Source of the DNA: an uncultured Methanosarcinales archaeon
GTDB lineage: Archaea; Nanobdellota; Nanobdellia; Woesearchaeales; CAZYIM01
Assembly (NCBI GenBank): GCA_964647565.1
Contig: CAZYIM010000026.1
Span: 10,762 to 41,195, forward strand
Reading direction: 5' to 3'
DNA length: 30,434 bases
In this document: positions 1-9,200 of the stretch, piece after piece
Layout: each line of letters begins with the position of its first letter
Position numbering within the stretch: position 1 is the first letter of the stretch
Program-made: the position numbers and the translations under genes
The notes under the pieces: model-generated
Databases searched by the model: none
The model's input: only the letters and a program-made list of their open reading frames with translations
What the model was told of the DNA's origin: nothing

Positions 1-112
1 AGATACTATGACTGTTTGAGTGGCGATGTTCATGATGGTTAGGGAGGAGAAGTTTTTATTTAAAGTTTATCTTTTCACAAGGCTTTTAAAGCATTCTGAC
101 TTCCTTTATTTC

Positions 113-685
113 ATGAATTGGTTGAAGGCGGTTGTTTTAGGATTAAGTATATCCAGTCTAGTTTCTGGAGCTAGCTTGGCACAAGAGAAAATAGAAAAAG
201 TCACATCTGATATTGGAAGTACATATCAAGCTATCGAAGAAGATGATCTTCTTACTGAGTTCTATAGCTGGCATGAGAAAGATACATCAACTGTTCTAAC
301 TATAAGGACTGAAACTGCATATGAAGATGAAACACCAAATGTTGTGGATGGCAAGAAAAAGACTGTTCAGCTTCAAAGATGGATCGGTAAGGGTGATAGC
401 GTTCAGATGCTCTGTGAAATCTGCGACTATAATGAGCTAAAAGGGGACAAATTAGGAAAAGTTGACAAACTGGAGTACTACACTCTCTGGAAGAAAAACA
501 AGAAAGGAGAACATGTCCAGCTCTGGCCGATGTTTATGTCAAAACCTGCGCCTGATGCATATAATCCTGTGACTGGTGAGACTCCTAAACTAGTTCCTAA
601 GAAAGAATGTGCATCCCGTGAGGAAGCTAATAAGATTCTTCAGCTGTATCTTAAAAAAGTCCCTTCTTTGGCAGAGAATTTATAA
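113..685 (+). CDS. Hypothetical secreted protein (~190 aa)
   Basis: The ORF track gives 20..685. ATG113 (MNWLKAVVLGLSISSLVSGASLA-QEK) starts a signal-peptide-like sequence and lies ~29 nt after TTTTAAAG (84-91). No family recognised. Confidence 0.7.
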   Translation: MNWLKAVVLGLSISSLVSGASLAQEKIEKVTSDIGSTYQAIEEDDLLTEFYSWHEKDTSTVLTIRTETAYEDETPNVVDGKKKTVQLQRWIGKGDSVQMLCEICDYNELKGDKLGKVDKLEYYTLWKKNKKGEHVQLWPMFMSKPAPDAYNPVTGETPKLVPKKECASREEANKILQLYLKKVPSLAENL

Positions 686-743
686 AACATTCTTGAGCTT
701 CAGCATATTTACTATACTATATATAGTGTTCGGAGTATTTGAT

Positions 744-2588
744 CTACTTTCCAAGGAATTTCTCCAATATTTTTAGCATTCCTTCCTTATTCCTAGTATA
801 TTTGAGATATTTTGCCAACTTTTCCCTATGGAATACGTCTTTTATCCATGTTGCGAAGTGGTTGGTTTCTGCAGTTACATAGTGGTTGAAGTCTTCTTCA
901 GAAATAGTCTTTATATATTCCTTAAGGTCACTCAAGCTTTTCAAGCTGGTTCCGTCTCTTAATTGAAAATATTTTTCAGGCTCAATTATTATTTCTTCTT
1001 CTTTCTCTTTTTCTTCTTTTTCTTCTTTTTTAGATGCTTTCTTTTTATGTATGGCGTAAGGTATGAGGATCAAGATTAAGGCTAATATGGCTGCACACAG
1101 GAGGACGATGCTGGTTAAGGCTGTGCCTAATAGCTTTTCTGCTAAAGGAATTGGGCTGGGTTTTTCAACAAATGGCATCAACACAACTTCAAATGGGCTG
1201 TCCGCTTCCCAACTTGCTCCTTTGTACGTTGCAATTGCTTGGAATGGGTGGCTGCCAGGTCGAGTATCTTTAGGCAGTTTTAGTTTTGCAACAAAGACAG
1301 TTTTGGTCTCCAGAGCCACTACTTTTTGTCCTTCAGCAAGGATGTTGCCATCTTCGTCGAGGATGGAATAGCTGACATTGATAGTGTCTGTCACTGCGAA
1401 CAAGCCCAGATTTTTAAGCTCTATTAACGCTTTTACATCTTCTTCCTTGCTGACCTCTTTTTTCATAGTATCGACCTTCAAAGAAAGATGTTCTAGCAGC
1501 TCTTCTGTCAGAATTGGTGCAGAGTAGATACATTGTTTGGACTCGACAGGTTTTTCTTCATCAGTTTCACATAGATTCATCTCAGTGCAATTTCTTGTCT
1601 GAGTCTCATTCTCAAAGCAGGAAGACCAGGGATTACATTCCCACACTTCTGTACAGAAAATGGTCATTCCGCCTCCACCTCCGCCTCCACCGCCGCCTCC
1701 AGTTGTGGTAGGTGGAGCAGGGGGTACATATTCTTCATATTCTCCAAATCCTGTGAATATACTGAAATTATCTACAATAGCCCAGATGAAGTTGTTATAG
1801 GTGTCAACACCTGAAAAAGGGATTACTACCCAGCGAGAAAAGTCCTCATTCCATTTGTACATTTTTAATGATGATTCTTTTATGCTTCTGGCTGTAATAT
1901 CTGAATCGTCGTAATAAAATAGTGCGATTTCAGCCACAAAAAGTTTGTTTAGGGTTTGTTGGGCTGCAGTTATATTATAGAAATAACCTAAATTAATAAG
2001 ATCGAAATCACTGAAATTATGTGGGAATGTATCAGCTCTCGTTATTGCGAACGAGACATTTGCATTTTCTTTGGTTTTTATACGTATATTCATATTTATT
2101 TCTTCAGTTAGATTGATAAGTGTTACGTTGCCCGCAAGAACAGGATAGGGGCCTATTCCTGCCGGGAATCCGCAGTTATCTGTGGAATCCTGGAAAAAGT
2201 AGTATGTGGGGTTTTGGCCTGGCGGAACTGGCAGCATTATATGGAAATCTGCACTTTCATTAGGGAATACGCTGCTGTTTTTGAGGATTTTGAAGACAAA
2301 AATAGGTTCTCCTAATGAATTCTTAAGTAGACCCATGGCATTTGAGCTGTTTTCGGGATTCAGGGTGATGCTTGGTAAGGTGAGGTTTCTATTGCCAATA
2401 TCCCATGTCATGGTGTTGTTGGCCTTAAATGTGGCTACACCAGAGACGCGATCTCGGATATAATAAAATAGCTGGGAAAAGTTGTAATAGGCGTCCAGTT
2501 CTGCACCTGTAGCCTCCGATAAGGAGTCCAGATAAAGATGACCTGGTAGAGTGGGGTCTGCTGTCTGGTATAGATGTTCTGAGGACAT
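744..2588 (-). CDS. Single-pass cell-surface protein, 5'-truncated: surface domain, PGF-pre-PGF-like domain, poly-Gly linker, Cys-rich module, Ig-like domain, TM helix, cytoplasmic DUF5752-like domain
   Basis: ESSLKMYKWNEDFSRW...IWAIVDNFSIFTGFG; a 12-Gly run; CTEVWECNPWSSC...QTRNC...C...KPVESKQC; hydrophobic LLGTALTSIVLLCAAILALILILIPYAI followed by KKK; C-terminal PEKYFQLRDG..LKSL.DL...F.HYV....NHFATWIKDVF. No signal peptide, and the frame stays open upstream (…INKTELYAT-M) into the junction at ~2604-2616. Confidence 0.8.
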   Translation of the reverse strand: MSSEHLYQTADPTLPGHLYLDSLSEATGAELDAYYNFSQLFYYIRDRVSGVATFKANNTMTWDIGNRNLTLPSITLNPENSSNAMGLLKNSLGEPIFVFKILKNSSVFPNESADFHIMLPVPPGQNPTYYFFQDSTDNCGFPAGIGPYPVLAGNVTLINLTEEINMNIRIKTKENANVSFAITRADTFPHNFSDFDLINLGYFYNITAAQQTLNKLFVAEIALFYYDDSDITARSIKESSLKMYKWNEDFSRWVVIPFSGVDTYNNFIWAIVDNFSIFTGFGEYEEYVPPAPPTTTGGGGGGGGGGGMTIFCTEVWECNPWSSCFENETQTRNCTEMNLCETDEEKPVESKQCIYSAPILTEELLEHLSLKVDTMKKEVSKEEDVKALIELKNLGLFAVTDTINVSYSILDEDGNILAEGQKVVALETKTVFVAKLKLPKDTRPGSHPFQAIATYKGASWEADSPFEVVLMPFVEKPSPIPLAEKLLGTALTSIVLLCAAILALILILIPYAIHKKKASKKEEKEEKEKEEEIIIEPEKYFQLRDGTSLKSLSDLKEYIKTISEEDFNHYVTAETNHFATWIKDVFHREKLAKYLKYTRNKEGMLKILEKFLGK

Positions 2589-2607
2589 GGTTGCGTAAAG
2601 CTCTGTT

Positions 2608-3255
2608 TTGTTGATGCACTTTAATAATGAAAGTGCGTTTGGTGAGAATAGTACTTATGTATATGACTGGAGTGGGACTGGGAATAATGGTACAGTGTAT
2701 GGGGGAACTATTCCGAATGAATTGGCAAAATTTGGCAAGTCTTTCAACTACTCTGCAAGTGATGATTATATCACAGTTGATGATCATGCATCTATCAAGA
2801 ATATGGACGAGATGACTGTGGCCGTATGGATATATCCTTACAATACCGACGGGGTAGGATCTGATACTCAAACCATAGTACAAAAAGACAATCTTAATAA
2901 CGGAAATGAAAGGCCGTGGATATTGGGCTGGTGGAGTAACAATAACCCTGTGTTTGGAATGACAAATTCAAGCAATGGTTTCGTTAAAGCAGTATCTTCT
3001 GTGGACGCAAATCAGGATAGCTGGAACCACATGGTAGGCAGGCTAAATAGCACACATCTAACAATTTTCTTGAATGGATTTGAACGAGGAAGTGTACCTA
3101 GAACGAACCTAGATGCCACATCTAATACAGATCCTGTAACATTAGGAAGGCTTAGTTATACAGATGCCTGGCCGTTCTTAGGTTTAATTGATGAAGTGGC
3201 GATCTGGAATCGTTCTTTGAGTGAAGCAGAGATTGAGGCTTTGTATAATTATTCT
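2608..3255 (+). other. LamG/concanavalin A-like domain 1 of the giant protein (further copies at ~5700-6365 and ~14150-14840)
   Basis: Motifs L.HFNNES.FGEN...DWSG.GNNG, T..AW, W.H..G, Y.NG, F.G.IDEVA.WNRSLS..E..ALYNY in all three copies. Confidence 0.85.
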
Positions 3256-6200
3256 AAGACTAAGTTTTATCCTGTTTTTCAGAATGAGACTTTGGGTGAT
3301 GGTAATTATGTTTGGAATGTGTTGGCTTATGATAATGCTACGAGTTCTCAGAGTGATTGGGATAGTAATCGTTCGTTGTTGGTGGATGGTTCTGCTCCGG
3401 TTATTAATAGTAAGGGTGTTAATGTGAGTTCTGTTAGTCCTGGTGCTGGTGTTTGTATTAATGCTAGTGTGACTGAGAGTTTGTCTTCGGTTGATGCTGT
3501 TTGGGCGACTGTTACTCAGAGTAATGGTAGTGTGTTTAATACTAGTGAGTTTAGTGATACTGGTGATTGTGCTGGTGCGGGTGGTGATGGTTGGTATAGT
3601 GTGAATGTGAGTGTGGGTGATGTTGGCGGTACTTTTTATTATAATGTTACTTATGTTAATAATAGTGTTGGGGTTGTTGGTAGTAATTCTAGCGCGGTGA
3701 ATATTACTGTAAATACTGTTGATGATGCTCCTAATGTTTCCCTTTCATCTCCTGATGATGCCTCATTTGATGCTGATGGGAATGTTATCTTTAATTGTAC
3801 TGTGACAGATGACAATAGTATAGGTAACATAACTTTATATGGCAACTGGTCAGGTAGTTGGATTGCCAACAAGACGGTTGACTTTGGTAGTAATGGTGAG
3901 CATTGGGATACAGGCGATTTAGGAAATACATACGCTGTAACATTTGCTGATCTGGATAATGACGGTAAGAAGAATGATGTTATTGTTGCTAGTTATGATT
4001 CTGGACTTCCTGAAAATTATATTAGAGCGTATTGGCCTAATGGTTCGGTTAGATGGGATGAAAGTCCTGATAAGAAGAGTGCCGGTTTTGTCCGTGCTGT
4101 TCATGCAATGGATGTGGATGGGGATGGTTTTGATAATGATATCATAGTTGAGTTTAGTAGCGGTCTTTTTGCTGTTTATAACGAGAGTGGAAATAATGTT
4201 TCTGAATCTCCATATCCTCAGAACTGGATGGTTACGATGGGTGAGGCTGATTTGGATGGAAATGGAGTTTATGATTTAGTAACAATTGGGAGGGAGTTTA
4301 CTGGTGAGGTCAGGGCATATAACACTACTGATAATGGGTCGTCTTGGAATAATGTTTGGAATAAAACTGGAATGACTTATGCGATGGCTGAGATAGAAGG
4401 ATTTGATGCTGATTCTGATAATAAGACAGATGAGATGTTGTTGGTGGGTTTTGCTGAGATTTATTGTGTGGAGGCGAGGAACGGCTCAGTTATTTGGTCT
4501 AATACCTCAACTGAGATTCCTAGTTTGGCATCTGCTGCTGCCGCTGTTTTAGATTTGAATCATGATGGGAACAGAAATGAGGTTGTTTATAGTGCAGGCT
4601 ATTTCGCCCCCTATAATTTGTATGCAGTTGAGGGTGATACAGGTGATGTTATTTGGACTTCAGACATCCCCATGCATAGTAGTGCTCAGTATAATAGGGA
4701 GTTGATTCCTGCTGATTTAGATAATGATGGTTGGATTGATGATTTTGTAGTATCAAATTATTACATTCATGGTGTTAACAATGATTCTACTGTACTTTGG
4801 AATTTTACAACACCCACTGCATATATATATTCTGTTGCTGTTGGAGATTTGACAGGAGACGATGAAGTTGAGATTGTTGCAGGTGGGGATCAAGGAATTG
4901 TGTGGGTGTTAAACAGGACAGGTGCTTTGTTGTGGAGTAAGGATCTTGGCCAGGGCGATATTGGAACTGCTCTAGGAAAAGGTGAGGCAATTTCAATTGC
5001 TGACTTTAATGATGATGGAATTAATGATTTTGCTGTTGCGACTCTTAATGGTTTTGTGAATGTGTTTTCCCTGGTCACAAGCAATGTGACTGTTTCTTTC
5101 AATGTAACTGGTATTTCAGATGGGACTCATAGCTGGAACTGTTTGGCTTATGATAATAACAGCCAGAGTGATTGGGGCGATACTAACAATACGTTGACTG
5201 TGGATTCAACTGCTCCGGTTATTAATAGTAAGGGTGTTAATGTGAGTTCTGTTAGTCCTGGTGCTGGTGTTTGTATTAATGCTAGTGTGACTGAGAGTTT
5301 GTCTTCGGTTGATGCTGTTTGGGCGACTGTTACTCAGAGTAATGGTAGTGTGTTTAATACTAGTGAGTTTAGTGATACTGGTGATTGTGCTGGTGCGGGT
5401 GGTGATGGTTGGTATAGTGTGAATGTGAGTGTGGGTGATGTTGGCGGTACTTTTTATTATAATGTTACTTATGTTAATAATTCTCTGGGCTTGCTTGGCA
5501 GTAATTCGAGTGTTGTGAGTATTTCTGTTGATGCTGCCCCTAATACGACTTTGGTAACGCCGGCTAATGGGGCTGGTCTGACTTCTACGACTGTTAGGTT
5601 CATATCTAATGTTACTGATGGTAATAATGTTGTTAATGCCACACTCTATACTAATGAGACTAGTTGGTCTGCTAAGGAGACTAGGTGGAATGGTGAGATT
5701 GCTTACAATGACACGGGTCTTGTTTTCCTTGCGCATTTTAATAATGAGTCTTTGTTTGGTGAGAATGATACTTATGTATATGACTGGAGTGGGACTGGGA
5801 ATAACGGAACCTCTTATGTGAATAACAGTGATGGAAGTGTAAGAGGTCCAAATGCAACAGGCAAGTTTGGAGGCTCCTTTAGGTTTGATGGTAATGATTA
5901 CATAAATGCAGGAAAGGATGCTAGTTTAAATGTTGGTGGTGGGAATTTCACATTTGCAGCATGGGCAAAATTGTATTCAAATTCATCTGATAGTGAAATT
6001 GTTGTCAAAGGAGATCTTGGACAAGCTATAGATCTGCGTTATGATTTTGATGAAGACTCATGGCAATTCACTGTCAGTGCTGGCGGCTGGCAATATGCAA
6101 AATATTTACAGGAATCTCCTGTGATAAATACCTGGTATCATGTGGTAGGCATACGTAACGGAAGTACAATTAAAGTATATGTTAATGGCGTTGAAGGTAA

Positions 6201-9200
6201 CACAGTTGATACAGTTGGAACAGTGGCAAACCTCGTAACCTATAACCTTGTAATTGGACGTATAGGTGATACGGCAGATAGATACTTTAATGGTACAATA
6301 GATGAGGTTGCAGTCTGGAACCGCTCCCTGTCTGCCTCTGAGATTATGGCTCTTTATAACTACACCAAGACCAAGTTCTATCCAGTTTTCCAGAATGAGA
6401 CCTTGAGTGAGGCTGATTATGTTTGGAATGTGTTGGCTTATGATAATAATAGTCAAAGTGACTGGGATACCAACAACTCCTTTACTGTTTTAGACACAAT
6501 CAACCCTTCCATAAGCAACCTGGCGATCAATACAAGCCTGGTAAAGAACCAGAGCTTTGCCAAGCTCAATGCCTCGATAACAGATAATATAGGTGCTATA
6601 AATAGGGCGACATTCACTGTAAATAATTCAGTAGCAGCCGCGAACTATACAGCCATAGATAACTATCCTGAGTTCTATTACAACTATCAATGTAATGCAT
6701 CCGCCACCATACAATGGAGCCATGCCTATGCCAATGATAGCGCGGGTAACAATGACTCCAACCTAAACTTTGGCCTGAACTTTGTATGTGACGCAGACAG
6801 GCCAGTCATCAACAATGATGGCAGCAATACTACGAGTGTGGTCGTTGGCTCAAAGGCCTGCCTCTCAATAAATGTGACAGATAATCTGGTGGTTGATGCC
6901 AGCTCAGTGATTGCTCAGGTTTACAACACATCAGATTGGCTTAACCTTTCGATGAGCAATGCTTCTTCGAATTGCGGAAGTGCAGGCGGTTCTGTCTTTA
7001 CTGTTGAGCTGACCCTTAATGCAGGCGGCACCTGGAACTATTCTAAGGTATATGCATCTGATACTGCAGGCAATTCCCAATCATATGATTTCAATGACAG
7101 GACAATCTCAGCAGGAGAATTGGTCACCCCTACCAACCCTGCATCTTATATATCTGTGGATAGGGACGGGGTTAATGCTTCTGTGGCAGATAGCGCCCTG
7201 CTTGTGGCCAAGCTTAGCAATGGGACGAGTGGAGTGACAGTGACCTTCAAGGCTAATCTGACAGATCCTATCATTGCAGACCAGACCAACCTGACCCTGG
7301 ACACTGCTGTGACCAATGCAACAGGTTATGCCAGCATAACCTGGTCAGGCAATGATTCTCTTGGTGAGATGTATGCAGGCAATTACACCTGGTGGCCAGA
7401 GGCCACAGGATACAATCTTAACGGTACGAAGATCATATATCTTTATGGAGGCATGAATCTTACATTCAGGTATACGACCACTGATCCAAACACCAACTAT
7501 ACTGTTGGAAACACCATAACATTTGACACCCTGCTTGACTCAAAGGGCCCTGAGTCCAGGGGCCAGCTCAACAGCACCTACAGCGGTAATGTTTCCCTTA
7601 TACTGACCAATCCTCTCGGCTCGAACACCACCTTGGTACTTATAGACCCTGGCCCTGATGATGCTCCAAGAAGGGGGACCGCAGCTTCGAAGAAAGGAGA
7701 AGGAACTTCAAAGAATGAAGTAAAGCTTGTTGTTGAGGAGAAGCTTGCTGTTGTTGAGGATAGGAGGGCGCAGGTTGAGGCTTCTTCGACTAATGATTAT
7801 TATGCTCCTGATGGTAGTATTGGTGGTACTTGGGCTCAGGTTGCTGATGCTGATCAGGCTCCTGATGATACTCCTGATACTGATGATATTGATAATGCTA
7901 AGGAGTTGTTTACTTATGGTTTTTCGGGTTGGCCTGCTGGTGTTACTGTTAATGATGTTTGGTTGATGTTGAGGTGGCAGATTAGTGCTACTGGTGATGA
8001 TGATTTGGAGTTGAAGTATAAGTTGACTTCGGGTGGTACTTGGTTGGATTTGGATGGTACTACTTTTGCTTCTGATGATGCTGGTGTGTTTACTGCTAAT
8101 AGGTCTGTTGGTGCTTATGCTACTCAGGCTTATAAGATTACTTCTGGTTTGTCTTTGGCTAATTTGGATGATTTGTATTTGGGTGTGAATGCTGATAAGG
8201 ATGCTGGAGGTGATAATGATAATGCTGATATTGATGCTATTTGGTTGAGGTTGAATTATACAGTTCCTGATGCCAGCCCGAATGTTTCTAGCTTGGATTA
8301 TCCTGGTGATGGTATTTCTTTGGAGCCTGGTTTGGTTGATTTTAATTTCAGTGCTTCAGATGACTCTAAGATTTCGAATTGTTCGTTGTGGGCTAATTTT
8401 TCAGGTACCTGGGCCAGGAATGTGACTGTGTTAAACCCGACGAATAATAGTGAGGTTAATTTTACTGTTAATGTTTCTCTTGGAAATTATATCTGGAATG
8501 TTCAATGCTTTGATAATGCTACAACACCACAGGGTGACTGGTATGATAGCAATTATAGTGTTATTGTTTCCTGGTTTAAGCCTACTGTTCTTGATGTGAG
8601 TGTTGTTCCAAGTGCTGGTGTGAATGGGACTGTCCTGAATATCTCTGCCAATGTCACTGACGTTTATGGCTTGGGTGTTGTCAAGGCCCTGCTGGAATAC
8701 CCAAACGGTACGAATTTTATCAATGTTACCCTCGATAATAGCAGCGGCGGCACTATATATTATAATGAAACTTATGTTATTGATACGAATGAGGTCTGGG
8801 GTAATTTCACTGTCACTGTCTGGACGAATAATTCCAAGAACGTGATCAACCAGAGTGAGAGCGTCCAGTTTATTCCTTATTGGAATGTTTCTCAGAATAA
8901 GAGTATTACAGTTGATGGTGATGCCACTGACTGGAGCAATATGGCTAATTTAACTGACTTGCTTGGGGATAGTCTGGAGTATAATGGTTTTGTTCAGGTA
9001 GCAACCGGATATCGACATGGTTGTGCCATCCGGTTTAATGGTAGTGCTTATTGTTGGGGTTTGAGTGGTGAGGGTCAGGTTGGATATGGAGGTATATCCA
9101 CTCAGGGACTCCCTGTTGCTGTTAACATAGTTAATAATAATTTTAGCTTAATATCTGTAGGAAAATATCATTCTTGTGGTGTTCATGTGAATGGTAGTGC

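Noticed and set aside
1670..1700. GGN repeat tract as a phase-variable simple sequence repeat
   Set aside because: It is a mixed-codon poly-Gly linker; slippage would stay in frame.
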